The position numbers were made by a program, and so were the translations under genes. This document shows, in pieces, positions 13,974 to 28,100 of a DNA stretch of 64,000 nt; positions within the stretch are counted from its first letter, which is position 1, and every line of letters starts with the position of its first letter. Below the pieces are notes generated by a model. That model was not told where the DNA came from, did no database searches, and saw only the letters and a program-made list of their open reading frames with translations. The DNA is from Eledone cirrhosa (taxonomy: Eukaryota), in assembly GCA_964016885.1 (NCBI GenBank), contig OZ024741.1:46996001-47060000 (forward strand). The letters are read 5' to 3'.

Positions 13974-14336
13974 CATATATACATATATATATATATACAT
14001 ATATATACATATATATATATACATATGTGTAGTAAGAGTTGCCTCCCCTGCCACGACAATCGAATCGCTGTGATTTTGGATGGCCATTGACTCTTAAGAG
14101 CTCCTTTGCCTTTTGACAGGTTTTGTTTTTAGTCCTGCAGGATGTCCAAAGTCACCCTCCTCACCAAGAAACCTTGGTCGGGTTGCCAGTTTAGTCGCCA
14201 ACGACCCGACCATGGGACAGGTTGTACTGGAATACATGTTACCAGTAGCACCAACTATATATATATATATACATATATATACATACATATACATATATAT
14301 ATATATACATATATACATATATACATATATATATAC

Positions 14337-14371
<35 letters not shown>

Positions 14372-14462
14372 CATATATATACATATATACATATATATAC
14401 ATATATATATATATACATATATACATATACATATATACATATATATATACATATATATATAC

Positions 14463-14493
<31 letters not shown>

Positions 14494-14590
14494 CATATAT
14501 ACATATATATATATATACATATATATACATATATATATATACATATGTGTAGTAAGAGTTGCCTCCCCTGCCACGACAATCGAATCGCTG
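13569..14590. repeat. Local tandem duplication, ~502/520-bp units
   Basis: 13569-14070 repeated at 14071-14590; each unit has part of the RTE-derived element, a (TA)n tract and the first 43 bp of the Gypsy LTR. Confidence 0.9.
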
Positions 14591-14974
14591 TTCTCTAGAC
14601 AGGAAGTAGGTGGAGTTGCTTCCCTTTGGGATTGACCAAACTCCCTAGTGGTCACTTCCGGTCAACAGAGATAAAAGGAGCGATTAACCGCGAAATCTCT
14701 CTCGCCTCCTGATTCCTGAAGTGGTAACATCTTCGACCATAGCTGGTGATTCTTTCTGGACGACCCTTTCGTTACCAGCACAATGCAGCTCACCAGCCTG
14801 AGATGAGAGCGCCAAGACATTTTCTACCAACTTCACAATGGTATTATTGCCATCGGGTAACAACCCTTTACCTTATACACCTTTGACTTCTATGAAGTAA
14901 AACTTTATCACACACACCAGTACTCTTTGTCTTTTATATTATGTTGCATGTGCACCGATATCTATTTCCTAAAG

Positions 14975-14992
14975 TGGTGACCCCGACGTGAT
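14975..14992 (+). promoter_or_regulatory. Primer-binding site for tRNA-Trp
   Basis: TGGTGACCCCGACGTGAT right after the LTR, the classic tRNA-Trp PBS. Confidence 0.88.
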
Positions 14993-15466
14993 ATTATTTT
15001 TTTTTTTTTTTTTTCAATGGGAAATGGTTATACGGTGTATCTGATATGATATAGGACACAAACAAAAAAAAAAAAAGAAAAAAGAGAAAAATATAACACC
15101 TACAATTATTGACACGCAGACAAACCACAATCCTATAAATGTTTTCACCATTCTCTTTTCTCTCCTTTTTCTGCCTTTCGCTTCTCTCGCAAAAAAAATA
15201 ATTTTTATGAGGATGACAAGATGGAGTCTCTCTTCTTTTTAAATAGTGTTTTGGCGCGAAATAGTCCGCCATGTTGGACTTTTTTTTGTTGAGTTTTTAG
15301 GCCCCCCGAAATTAACGTAGATAACAGCATTCAAGTAATCGCTGGTTCGCACACTGTCCCGGATGCATTAGTTTTCCGGTTCAGTGCTCTGACGAAAGAT
15401 TTTAGTTTCCATTTACTGTTACCTTAGAGACATTTTCCCCATAGGGTAGATCACTACGGCATACCA

Positions 15467-16261
15467 ATGGCTTCCCACTCTGTTCTGCCAACGTACACGG
15501 GCGACGTAAGGTTGTGGTTCTCGCAATTAGAAGCTTTCTTCAGGGCGAACAGAGTCGACGAGGAACTACAGCATTCTGTGGTCCTCAGTGCCATTCCGCC
15601 GGCAATTCTCCCAGCGGTCAAGGACCTCGTGTTGGAGGCAACGACAGAGTCGTCGTACGCGTCTCTGAAGGCTGAAATACTCAGCCGGACAGAACAGTCG
15701 TCAGAGAGGAGATTTAGGGCTCTGGTCCACCTGGAGCACATAGGGGATGGCACACCATCGAACCTCCTTAGGCGGATGAAGGACCTAACGGAGGGGTCTG
15801 CAGCGGAAACTGCCCTGCTGAAGCAGTTGTTCTTTTCGCGCCTGCCGACGAACGTACAGGCAATTTTGGCCCCCATGAGGGATTCGAGCTCGGTTGAGCA
15901 GCTTGCCTCATCGGCGGACAAGATATTCGAGGTGACGAATGCCGGAGACAGCGACCCCCTCGCCGCTGTTCAACACCCAGCTCGGGCCACACACGGCCAT
16001 GCGATCTACGCGGCAGCACCAACGGATAGCTTGGCGATCATTGCGATGCAAAGGTCCATTCAGGAGCTCACCATGGAGCTCCACAAGATGAAGGCCTTGT
16101 GTGGTGGCTGTTCGCGCTCCCGCAGTCGCGGGAGATCGCAAAGTTTCAGACGACGGTCCAAATCACCTGGTTCAGCCTTATGCTGGTACCACGAGCGGTT
16201 CGCGGAGAACGCGAAGCACTGCGTGCAACCTTGCTCCTATCATAAGCCGGGAAACGCTTAA
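15467..16261 (+). CDS. gag: Gypsy Gag
   Basis: [11 protein letters not shown]-terminus, [14 protein letters not shown]-rich tract and C-x2-H-x9-C-x3-C knuckle ([18 protein letters not shown]). Confidence 0.88.
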   Translation: MASHSVLPTYTGDVRLWFSQLEAFFRANRVDEELQHSVVLSAIPPAILPAVKDLVLEATTESSYASLKAEILSRTEQSSERRFRALVHLEHIGDGTPSNLLRRMKDLTEGSAAETALLKQLFFSRLPTNVQAILAPMRDSSSVEQLASSADKIFEVTNAGDSDPLAAVQHPARATHGHAIYAAAPTDSLAIIAMQRSIQELTMELHKMKALCGGCSRSRSRGRSQSFRRRSKSPGSALCWYHERFAENAKHCVQPCSYHKPGNA

Positions 16262-17230
16262 GAGGTCCTCTGATGGGGACAGATGGCCTCAACATAAAGC
16301 CACCAAACCGCCATTTCTTCATTAAGGACCTAATATCCGGAAGAGATTTCCTCGTGGATACAGGAGCCTCCTGTAGTATCTGGCCGGTCCATTGCCTGAA
16401 AGATACCCCCATAGAGTCATCTGTCACGCTGCAGGCAGTTAACCACTCGTCTATAAAGACGTACGGGCAAATCTCGCTCCCTCTTAAATTCCTAAATCTT
16501 CGAAGGGATTTTAAGTGGATTTTTACGGTTGCCGATTTGCCATATCCCATCTTAGGAGCGGATTTCCTCCACAACTTCTCTTTAACTGTGGACGTCCGTG
16601 GCCAACGCCTGGTGGATAACATCACCGGCTTTTCAATTCATGGCCAGGAAGCCAAGGCCCCAATAGTCAGCCCTGTGTTCTTTATTGCTGCCGCTGGTGA
16701 CGCTTACCATGCGTTACTGGGTTCTTTCCCGGAGCTCACGGATGGAAATTTTCGAGTCACTGACCCAACACACTCGACCGAACATTTTGTTTCCACCACC
16801 GGTGCCCCAGTGTTTTCGCGCCCACGCCGCTTACCGACGGAAAAATTAAAGGCAGCACGGTCCGAGTTCGACCATATGCTGCAGCTGGGCATTATTCGCC
16901 CATCTACGAGTCCTTGGGCTTCACCGTTACACATGGTGCCCAAGACTTCCGGCGACTGGAGACCCACAGGGGATTATAGGAGGTTAAATGCCATGACCGT
17001 CCCGGATAGGTATCCCATTCCCCATCTCCACGATTTTGCATCTTCACTGCAGGGGTGTAGGATTTTTTCTAAGCTAGATTTAGTGCGAGCCTACCACCAA
17101 ATTCCGGTCAGGAAGGAGGATATTCCGAAAACTGCAATTACAACCCCTTTCGGATCATTCGAATTTTTGACCATGCCTTTCGGACTCAGGAACGCCGCTA
17201 GCACTTTTCAGCGGTTCATAGACGAGGTCA
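16249..17230 (+). pseudogene. pol: Gypsy Pol (protease + N-terminal RT), truncated; entered by -1 frameshift
   Basis: FLVDTGAS protease, [50 protein letters not shown]; slippery G GGA AAC at 16249-16255. Confidence 0.88.
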
Positions 17231-17268
17231 CATATATATATATATACATATATATATACATATATATA

Positions 17269-17299
<31 letters not shown>

Positions 17300-20200
17300 G
17301 TCGGACAAATGAAAATAAAAATAAAAATAAAAGCAAAAACAAAAACCATAACCTACATAAAAATAACCACTACCACAGTCACCAACAGTCTCCTAAACAG
17401 GAAACATCTTCCTCTTTTTTAGCTATAATGAATCTGGCAAAAGAACTGGAAAAAAACATTCGAGCTATCACCCAGCACCACCCTCCACTATCACCCCACT
17501 GCACAAACTCCCATTGCTGCCATTAACAAACAAACAAATTACCAACACACCAAAGCAATTAAAACCATCCACTCTCGCCTCAACATTTTTGCTTAACGCC
17601 CAAGGCATCAGCCTTTCCACCAATACTAAAAAATGGAAGACCAAATTCCTGGAGGACTGGGTTGATGTCCATCCAAACCACATCCCTTTCTTCGTCCTCA
17701 CTGAAACCCATCTCAGTAACCTCCACTTGGAAGCCGAGCTGAAAGTGAAAAATTTCAAAGCCATCCGTGCTGATCGCGCTGGCAGAAGAAAGGGTGGGAC
17801 TGCCATTTATGTCCATAATTCTTTCTCAACAGAGGCTATGAACATATTTACTAATGGATACTGCGGAGCAGTCACTGTATTCAGTCAAACCAACAACCTA
17901 ATAGTAGTTGGGCTCTATAGGCCACCCCAAACGCCTCTACCATGCTTCAAGGAATGCCTCAACAGCATAAAGTGTTTCATCCAAGAGTGTCACCCTGACA
18001 ACATCTTAATGATGGGGGACTTCAACCTCCCCGGAGTTGACTGGTCCACAAATAGCCTGCCACCAGGTTCTTCTGCCTCAACCTCTGACAGGGAAGCAGT
18101 GGAATCGCTTCTTGACTTCATGGATGATTTCTTCCTGTCCCAACTGGTGCTCGAACCAACGAGGTGCCACAAAAACGTTCTAGACTTAAATTTCAGCAAT
18201 TATACTGACACTATCCACAATATTGCAGTGGAGAAAACTCTACTCTCTGATCATGACATGATTCTCTGTGATCTGAGATTCCACCGTCCAATATACAAAC
18301 CCAATGTCATCTCTCCTGTCCATCCGTTTGACGCTATGGATTTCCACAATGCAAACTGGGAAGCGATCAGTCATGGTCTTGCACATGTCGACTGGTCCTT
18401 CACGCACACTCACACACCCACTAACATCAAAAAGTCCTGGCAGACATTTGTGGACACTGTTACAAACATATGTGCAAAACACACCCCATTAAGAACTATA
18501 AACAAATCTAAGAGCAGAATCCCTACAAATAGAAAAACGCTCATCAGAAAAATTAAGAGAACTAACAAAAAAATCAACAAACTGAAATACTGTCAGCAGC
18601 AACACATCAACTTGACTGCCATTTCATCACTAGAGATTAAAAAACATAACCTCCAAAACAATATAATGTCTATCATCAACAATCAGAGAAGAGCTGAAGA
18701 GGCCTGGGCCATTGAGAAGATCAAACTCAATCCCAAAGTGTTCTTTTCATTTGCAAAAAAAACACAAAATCACTGGCTCTACTGTTGGCCCTCTAATTGA
18801 TGAAAATGGCACTCTTCAAGACTGCTAAAACCATGGGTGAGATACTGCAGGAACAATACTGCTCTGTTTTCAGCAATCCTGATATGGCCGATCTGGGCTG
18901 TATCGGCGATGTTACTTCCCATTACACCTTATCGAACATAACGTTTGGCGCCCCTGATGTCTTAGCGGCAATGAAGGAAATCAAGCATAATTCAGCAGTA
19001 GGTCCCGATAGGTTCCTTACTTGTGTCTTGAAGGTGTGTCAACACCAACTTGCATCTCCTCTTGCCAATCTGTGGCGGAACTCACTGGATGCTGGATATG
19101 TGCCAGAAAACCTTCTATCCCAGTTTTCAAAAAAGGAAACAAATCCCTTGCCGTGAATTACCGTCCAATCTCACTCACCTCTCATATCATTAAGGTATTT
19201 GAGAGAGTGGTGAGATCACGAATGACTCACTTCCTTGAGAGTAACAATATGCTGAACTCCAACCAGCATGGATTCCGTAATGGAAGGGATTGCCTGACAC
19301 AGCTACTGCATCACTTTGATGACATTTTGAGAGCCTTGGGAGAGGGTTCCAACACTGATGTTATCTACCTTGATTTCAGCAAGGCCTTTGACAGGGTTGA
19401 TCACAACATTCTACTGAGAAAGCTGTCCAATATTGGTGTCACTGGAAAGCTGCTGCAGTGGATCAAGTGCTTCCTGTCAAACAGAACCCAACGTGTTGTA
19501 GTCGAAGGAGTCAAATCCAGCCCAGCCAAAGTCAGTAGTGGGGTCCCACAAGGCACTGTGTTGGGCCCACTTCTCTTCATCATCTATATTAATGACATCA
19601 CTGACATCATCAAACACAGCAACATTAGAATTTTCGCTGATAATTCCAAGCTCCAAAAGGTCATCAATGGCGTGGATGACCGGATAAGCCTTCAGTCAGA
19701 CCTACTGGCTGTTACCCAATGGGCGGAAAAGAACAACATGTTACTGAACGAAGACAAATTCGAACTGATCCACTTTGGAAAAGAGGATGCTCTGAAACTC
19801 CCGTACTCCCTTCCTTCAGGTGAAACTCTCGTGGCATCTAACAACATCAGAGACTTGGGAGTAACCGTGGACAGCAACATAAGCTGGGCTACGCATATAA
19901 GCAGCAAAGTTGACATGGCCCGCAGAATGTGTTCCTGGATCCTCAGAACCTTCCAGTCGAGAGATTCCCACACCATTATCCTTCTCTTCTCCACTTTTGC
20001 CCGACCACACCTTGAATACTGTTGTCCACTGTGGTCTCCCCACACGAAACAAAGTATCATGAAACTTGAAGCTCCCCGAAGGGAAATCACGAAAAAGATA
20101 GATGGCATGTCAGACCTTGACTAATGGGGTCGACTAGAAAAGCTGAAACTTTACTCACTCCAACGTCGCCGTGAGCGTTATATTATCTGCATGATGTGGA

Positions 20201-20614
20201 AAATGTTTCATCAGCACTGCCCAAATGATGTTGGCATCACCTTCAAAATACACCCAAGGCTTGGGCCCCGTGCTATCCGTCCCAAACAAAAATCTAAATC
20301 GCAACTCATAACAACAATACGGCACAATTATTTCACCTCCATTGGCCCTGCTCTCTTCAACATCACACCAAGACACGTCAAAACAGAAACTGACCACACA
20401 AAATTCAAGAAGTCTTTGGACAAATTCCTCCAAGTAATCCCGGACAAACCACCCACACCAGGATATGACTCCGCAAACAGTAATTCTCTTCTCGAATGGG
20501 CCATGGTGCCAAAATCCTGAATTGAAAGACTTCGCCAGGTGGTGCTATTAAATGAGACATGGCCTGGGCCAATACTGGCCAAAACATTTCAAAGTTATTC
20601 AAAGTTATAAAGTT
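17300..20614 (+). mobile_element. CR1-group non-LTR retrotransposon ORF2 (APE + RT), disrupted
   Basis: APE motifs LTETHL, GLYRPP, MGDFN, LSDHDMI; RT NYRPISLTS, QHGFR, YLDFSKAFD, SGVPQGTVLGPLLF, FADN (mutated FADD), RPHLEYC; frameshifts near 18790 and 19130; tail of CAAAGTTAT-like repeats. Confidence 0.88.
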
Positions 20615-20645
20615 ATATATATATATATATACACATATACACATG

Positions 20646-20689
<44 letters not shown>

Positions 20690-20693
20690 TACA

Positions 20694-20742
<49 letters not shown>

Positions 20743-22700
20743 GGGGTAACAAATAATAGTTATATGCAGTCCACTTAGGTGTAGTCCAGTTATGGTATTC
20801 CGGGTAGTGGATGATGTCAACGCTTGGCTTGGTTCGACTCAACAAGGCGTTTTCATAGTGATGTTGCGAGTATGCTGTAATTCCTATGTTGTAAACACTT
20901 GGAGTTAGGCACGTAACACCTGGAGTAAACGGTCAAAACACTAATAACGTAAACCCAAGAAACAATAGAAGAAACAGACAAAGAAAATACCTATGGTTCA
21001 ACCCAATCTTCAACTCCTCTATAAAAACTAGACTGCCCTCGACATTCTTTAAACTAATAGATAAACACTTCCCTATCTCGCATAGATATCACAAAATACT
21101 CAATAGATTTACTATAAAACTCTCATACTCGACAGCAGCAAATATAGAATCACACATACGCAGGATCAACCACAGAAATATCTCTAGTAAATCAACCGCA
21201 CCTATGCATAACGTAGCACCAAATTATAAGCATAAACACATCAGAACATCACAACCTCAAGCGCATACAAACGCGCAGCAGCAAAACCCATTGGGCATAT
21301 ATCACAACCCACTTATAACAGGGTACTAAACAGGAGTGTAGAAGCTGCACAAAATAGCGCCTCAAACTGTAACTGTCACCTACCAGATAGGTGCCCATTG
21401 GCGAACAGATGTCTCGATTCGAGCCTAGTATACATGTGCAAGGTCAACTCGGATAACTCCACCTGGAATTACATAGGATCCACCGCGGGTTCTTTTAAAA
21501 AAAGATGGTATGTGCACAGGCACTCAATGAAAAACCGTGCACTTATGGGTTCCACAACCCTCGCCAAAAAAATATGGGAACTGAAGGACAGCAGCACTAA
21601 CTACAGTATTAACTGGTCAAAGTTGTTGGCTGCTAAAACCTATAGTACAGGTATGTCCCACTGCGGGCTATGTGATCTAGAACTAATGTATATCCTCAAA
21701 AATGTAAAAAGACTACTTAACAATAAGTTAGAAAGATCTATCTTCTGCAGACATAGAATTGCCACTAAATTCATAAGATTCAAACCTCCGTGAATCGAAC
21801 CAACACAACATAGCTTTAAACTAGGATACCCACTACCCTGCATAAATTACCACAGAAATATACTCATTAAGTACACTCTAGCCTTCACAGGTCTATACCA
21901 CACAAATGTCTGTAAGTACCTCATCAACCCATAAACTTATTCCTTCTCAGCTGCTGCCATCACTTGATCCTAAATCCAAGTATTTCTCAAATCACTACTA
22001 CAATGTAACTTTACCTTCCTTTTGCCATAATTACAATCAGTACGCTTATCTCTTTGCATGTATGTATATTTTTGTACGAGTGTATATTGATGTGTATGTA
22101 TGTGTCTATGTACACATGCATGTGTATATATATATATGTGTGTGTATAGGTGTATATATATATATGTATATATATATATATGTATTACCTCCTTAATCTC
22201 TGTATTAACTCGCCCACTATTTAGCTTTGACAGTGTTGTCCCATTCATGTATGTTATTGGAGATGAAAAGAAAGACTGTAAACACCTGCTTATCTTTAAA
22301 ATTGATACAATACACCCTACGACACTCCGTACATGCCAAACTTATACTTCATGTCAGCTTCACGCCAAAATCTTAGATACACTATACCCCCCACCTTATG
22401 TAATGTCAGGGTCTCCTCAAATAATTTATTAATAGCATTGTTGTAATTGTTGTTATTGTTCTAATTGAATGCCATTACTACTTCATATAGTAGCCTGTAT
22501 ATTCCTTTCATGCCTGTATATTCTCTTCATTCTCGCATGCTCCGAAGAACTGACTGGTTATAATTTTGTATTGGCGATCGAGTAACGTGAAAACAAGCGA
22601 ATAGCGATCTCTAGACCTACCAGTTCAGAGAAACAATTGTCAGCAATGAGATTAAAAACCTTTTTTGTATAGCAAACCATGTCAATCTTCTTTCCTGATT
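20743..22700 (+). mobile_element. 5'-truncated Naiad-type PLE (GIY-YIG + 3' region)
   Basis: WFNPIFN...HKILNRFTIKLSYS; CNC..CPL; VYMC...YIGSTAGSFKKRW; CGLC...CRH; HHR near the 3' end. Confidence 0.82.
22531..22651 (+). ncRNA. Type I hammerhead-like motif, CCGAAGA core, 81-nt stem II
   Basis: UCUCGCAUGCU-CCGAAGA-ACUGACUGGU...ACCAGUUCAGA-GAAA-CAAUUG-UC/AGCAAUGAGA. Confidence 0.72.
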
Positions 22701-23310
22701 TATATATATATATATATACATGTATATATATATATACGTAAACTTACCTATAGTAATAATTATCTAGATACATACGGCCTTAGCAACCTGTGCCCTACAA
22801 GACCAGCAAGAGGCAGACCACCTACCATTACCTGAATGGCCAAGAAAACCCACACAGATAGATGGAACGGGTGGACCAGAGTCATACGGACCCCCGAAAA
22901 CCACGATGAACTAAAGAAAATGATTGCTAACTCCATCCACCAGAGTATTAGAGTTACTATAGACTACCCAAGTAGACACCCCAACCATCAATTACCTGTA
23001 CTAGACACAGAGCTCTGGTTAGATACCATTAATAACAAAAAACAAATCCTCCATTCCCATTATGCCAAACCCATGACTTCCAAACATCTGATCCACCGAA
23101 ACTCAGCTGTTTCGGACCATACCAAAATCAACATACTGATTGCGGATTTGGTACGGGTGATGAGAAATGTGTCCCGCATGTGCAACGCCAAAAAAACTAG
23201 AGAGACACATACAACACTTCATCCACCGTATGCAGTTCTCTGGTTACAACCAGAGAGATAAAATCAGAGTATATAGAGGAGCCAGAACCAAATGGGCAAA
23301 AATGGTTAAT

Positions 23311-23490
23311 AATTGTTTCTACTTTTGCCACAAGGCCAGCAATTACCCAGTACATGACTGGTACTTTATTTTATCGACCCCGTAAGGATGAAAGCAAAGT
23401 TAACCTCGGCGAGATTTGAACTCAGAATGAAAAGGGCCGTAACTCTATGCATCAAAGCATGGCGTCCGACCCTCTACCGATACTGCCAAT
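23311..23490 (-). mobile_element. tRNA-derived SINE inserted in Neptune copy A
   Basis: Reverse complement matches the SINE at 57489-57673. Confidence 0.8.
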
Positions 23491-24420
23491 AAAGTATATT
23501 TATTAAAATAACAGATTAAAGTTTAAGCAAAGAATCGCTGCTTTCACCCTTAACGGGATCTTCTGAAACTAACAAAGTATGGGACCTGCCCCTTGTATAG
23601 GAGCAAATTTTGGAATAGAATAGAAAGAACTAGGAATAAGGCTAATAGATTAAACTCATGGTATGATAGCAATAAATACCAGAGTGTAATGTTCATCGAT
23701 ACAACCCCTAGAGGTGAATTAGCTTACAAATTTAGAAGGGCCCTAGATAAACAAACTCAATATTAAGATAGTAGAAAGACCAGGTACCTCCATAAAAACA
23801 CTTATTAGCAATACATACCCTTTTCAAAGACCTCCCTGTATAGATAAGAAATGTATAATCTGTAAATTAAGCCCCCATATTAACTGTAAAACTAGAAATG
23901 TAGTATATAGCATAAGATGTACTGAAGGACAATGTAGAGATAAAAATATAGTGTACATAGGTGAGACAGCTCGTAGTATAGAGGAACGGATAAATGAACA
24001 CTGGCGAGACCTTCAAGATAGTATAGAATCATCTGTACTCTACCAACATGCTAAAATAGAACATAAGGGTAAATTAGAGAAAATAGAAATAAAAATAGAA
24101 TCTACACACAGAAAAGATGCAATGTTTAGACAAATCACAGAGGCAATAAACATAAATGAACTCCAACCAAAATTAAATAGAAAACATGAAAGGAGCAGCA
24201 CACATCAAAACTTACAATTAAGGACAAAATGAAAACACACACACACATAGAACAAACAACCAACCAGCAACATGTAAATAAACAAATAAATAAAGAATAT
24301 AAACACACACAGATACCCGGATGTAACACATGCGCAAACTAAGCACACAACACACACACAAAAACAAGATGGCGTAGGACAGAACAAAGGAGAGGCACAA
24401 AAACAGAGAAAAGAATCCCC

Positions 24421-24465
24421 TGTCATTGAAGAGGTCACAGAATGTGTGACGAAAGAACTTTGACA
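24421..24465 (+). ncRNA. Minimal hammerhead motif with C3U change
   Basis: UGUCA-UUGAAGA-GGUCACA GAAUG UGUGAC-GAAA-GAAC-UU/UGACA; the sister copy at ~27156-27188 has CUGAA but a stem II deletion. Confidence 0.68.
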
Positions 24466-24592
24466 ATATATAAACAATCACCTGGTTGTGGAACCAACCA
24501 ACCAACCGGAAATTTATAAATTCCTAAATTTATAAACTTATTATAATAAATTGAAGTGAAAACAACTGGTGCGTGTGTTTCTTATTGGCAAC

Positions 24593-26967
24593 ATGACCCT
24601 CCCAAAGTATAACAATATCGGTTTCAACACACGTTTTCAGATAAAGAATCTTGCTAAACAAATTCAGAAACGAAATATCGTAAGCCTTAGCCAGGCTAAC
24701 AAGATACTGAAAACCACCATGTTCTGTTGTCTACAAAAAACAATAACATCTCGACAACTACACTTCATAAAAGAATGTGCCTCGTCCCGAGTTTACACCA
24801 ACACCATCAACACCAATTTGTAAGAAGATTACAGCTGACCAAAACGCAACCAGATAGGCTAAAAAGAAAACTAATTCTAAACATAAAAAAGAAGATTTAT
24901 AGAGAATTAACTCAAGAAAAACATAAGCGTAACCTAATACAAGAAATAACTAAGATCACCACACCAAGAGAAAAATTAATATTTATAAACCTTATATGTC
25001 CTGAAGAAAAGTACATTGTTCAAGAATGTGACAAGCACTTTAACAAGAAACTAAAGTGGCTCAAACAGATAAAACTAAATCAAGATACTTTAGAGAATAT
25101 CAATAGATATCCCCAAAAAATTGACGGTATAAATATGGTCGACATCTCATTAACAGATGAATTCAACAACGACAACACAAATATATATGGCAACACTACG
25201 GTCGACTCTGATGAACTATCCATATTACAACTACCACCTAAGTATGCCACATTTAATAAGGTAAATATGATCTAGAGACCTAACAAACTGCATAATAGGT
25301 AGTATGGATGTTGTGTCCCTGTATCCATCTATTAACGTGGATTTTGCTGTGGAGAAATGCGTAGAAATGATCAGTGAGAGCAATGTTGAATTCCGTGGGA
25401 TTGATACCAGTGAGCTGGGACTCCTACTTAAAGTTACCTATAGTAATAATTACCTAGATACATATGACCTTAGCAACCTGTGCCCTACAAGACCAGCAAG
25501 CGGCAGACCACCTACCATTACCTGAATGGCCAAGAAAACCCACACAGATAGATGGAACGGATGGACCAGAGCCATACGGACACCCGAAAACCAGGATGAA
25601 CTGAAGAAAATGATTGCACATGCGGTGGGGCCCAGCATAAAATTAACCCATAAGGAACATATGTTCAAATTTAATGGAAAAACATATGCCCAAGAGGAGG
25701 GAGCAGCCATTGGTGTTAGCATTGCAGGCGACATAGCTAACCTATTTATGGTATGGTGGGACAGTAGACTTAAACTTAAACTTAAAGAACAATTAGAAGA
25801 CACCTCAACCCTGATAATGTACTCCCGCTACGTTGATGATATAAACATCGTAGTAAAAACACCCCCACTAGAGAAAAGTCAGGAATTAGAGAAAAACACA
25901 ATGGAAAGCATCCAGCAAATAGCTAACTCCATCCACCAGAGTATTAGAGTTACTATAGACTACCCAAGCAAACACCCCAACCATCGATTACCTGTACTAG
26001 ACACAGAGCCCTGGTTAGATACCTTTAATAACAAAAAACAAATCCTCCATTCCCATTATGCCAAACCCATGACTTCCAAATACCTGATCCATCGAAACTC
26101 AGCTGTTTCGGACCATACCAAAATCAACATACTGATTGCGGATTTGGTACGGGTGATGAGAAACGTGTCCCGCATGTGCAACCCCAAAGAACTAGAGAGA
26201 CACATACAACACTTCATCCACCGTATGCAGTTCTCTGGTTACAATCAGAGAGATAAAATCAGAGTATATAGAGGAGCCAGAACCAAATGGGAAAAAATGG
26301 TAAATAATGACACAAATGGGACCTGCCCCTTGAATAGGAGCAAATTTTGGAATAGAATAAAAAGAACTAGGAATAAGGCTAATAGAATAAACTCATGGTA
26401 TGATAGAAATAAATACCAGAGTGTAATGTTCATCGATACAACCCCTAGAGGTGAATTAGCTTACAAATTTAGAAGGGCCCTAGATAAACAAACTCAATAT
26501 TAAGATAGTAGAAAGACCAGGTACCTCCATAAAAACACTTATTAGCAATACATACCCTTTTCAAAGACCTCCCTGTATAGATAAGAAATGTATAATCTGT
26601 AAATTAAGCCCCCATATTAACTGTAAAACTAGAAATGTAGTATATAGCATAAGATGTACTGAAGGACAATGTAGAGATAAAAATATAGTGTACATAGATG
26701 AGACAGCTCGTAGTATAGGGGAACGGATAAATGAACACTGGCGAGACCTTCAAGATAGTAAAGAATCATCTGTACTCTACCAACATGCTAAAATAGAACA
26801 TAAGGGTAAATTAGAGAACATAGAAATAAAAATAGAATCTACACACAGAAAAGATGCAATGTTTAGACAAATCAGAGGCAATAAACATAAATGAACTCCA
26901 ACCAAAATTAAATAGAAAACATGAATGGAGCAGCACACATCAAAACTTACAATTAAGGACAAAATGA
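24593..26967 (+). pseudogene. Neptune-type PLE RT/GIY-YIG ORF, disrupted
   Basis: ORF pieces 24569-24823, 24727-25275, 25304-25525, 25526-26503 and 26688-26894 carry RT and GIY-YIG motifs. Confidence 0.8.
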
Positions 26968-27539
26968 AAACACACACGCACATAGAACAAACAACCAACC
27001 AGCAACATGTAAATAAACAAATAAATAAAGAATATAAGCACACACAGACACCCGGATGTAACACATGCGCAAACTAAGCACACAACACACACACAAAACC
27101 AAGATGGCGTAGGACAGAACAAAGGAGAGGCACAAAAACAAAGAAAAGAATCCCCAGTCACTGAATGTGTGACGAAAGAACTTTGACAATATATAAAGAA
27201 TCATCTGGTTGTGGAACCAACCAACCAACTGGAAATTTATAAATTGACCCTCCCAAAGTATAACAATATCAGTTTCAACACACGTTTTCAGATAAAGAAT
27301 CTTGCTAAACAAATTCAGAAACGAAACATGTATATATATATACATGTATATATGGATTAAAGAACAACATGCTGTAATAATCTAACCTAATACATCAAGC
27401 TTCCAATACTGAATCATCGTGAATTATGTGAAGGACATATCTATATATATAAAAATGAATGTATGTTTGTTTGTTTGTTTGTATGTCCAGGAAGGAAGGG
27501 GAATAACTCTTTATTTACTACGTGTATATATATATATAT

Positions 27540-28100
27540 ATAAGACATTGAAAAACAATGAAAAATTAAACAAATAACATGTTCTTCATATTAATCTATT
27601 GTACTTAAATTTGCTGTCCATTGGTCTGACCTAATTATCTTTTACATTTGCTGTCCATTGGTCTGACCTAATTATCTTTCTCTACTGTAACCACCATACC
27701 ATCTTTTTCCACAAGTGTTTTACTGTTTTCTCATTCTACACTGATGATAGAGGACTGAAAGAGGTAGGTTTGCATTTATCTCAGTATAATTTGTAAAATA
27801 TAGTATATATGTATGTGTATGTATATATGTGTATATGTATATATATATATATGTATATGTGTATATATGTATATGTAGATATATTTTTTTTTATGAAGAT
27901 GCATAATCAATATTAATATGAATAACATGTTCTTTGTTTAATTTTTCATTGTTTTTCAATGTCTTATTTTGACTCTGTTTTCCTATTGTTTTGCATCATT
28001 AATTAACTACATGAATTGTTTATGATCTCTCCACACTTGGATTGCATTGAGTTCTCTATACGGATCCGACACTACCGTTTACTCCGGTAGATTAATCTGT
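27540..28100 (+). mobile_element. PLE terminal fragment with inverted segment, nested in the Helitron 5' region
   Basis: 27540-27595 is the reverse complement of ~27911-27967; 28045-28098 resembles the Naiad leader (reverse complement of ~12180-12235). Confidence 0.55.

Larger units (their letters stand above)
14548..17230 (+). mobile_element. Ty3/Gypsy LTR retrotransposon, CsRn1-like, 3'-truncated (5' LTR 14548-14973)
   Basis: LTR TGTAG...CTAAA (degenerate CTACA), then PBS, gag and pol; breaks into (TA)n before the RT YxDD motif. Confidence 0.88.
22738..27327 (+). mobile_element. Partial tandem of a Neptune-type PLE (deleted copy A 22738-~24590, copy B ~24590-27327)
   Basis: MDVVSLYPS, QEEGAAIGVSIAGDIANLFM, YSRYVDD, LPVLD, HYAKPM, Cys-rich linker, YIGETARS; B ends with ~80 bp repeating its own ORF start, like a Penelope tail. 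Confidence 0.82.

Noticed and set aside
17230-17526. Gypsy pol ORF reading through (TA)n into the LINE as a fusion protein
   Set aside because: Chance read-through of a stop-free microsatellite; the Gypsy RT is truncated and the LINE APE is in another frame
27741-27770. CTGATGA...GAAA hammerhead-like core
   Set aside because: No pairing for stem II or stem I
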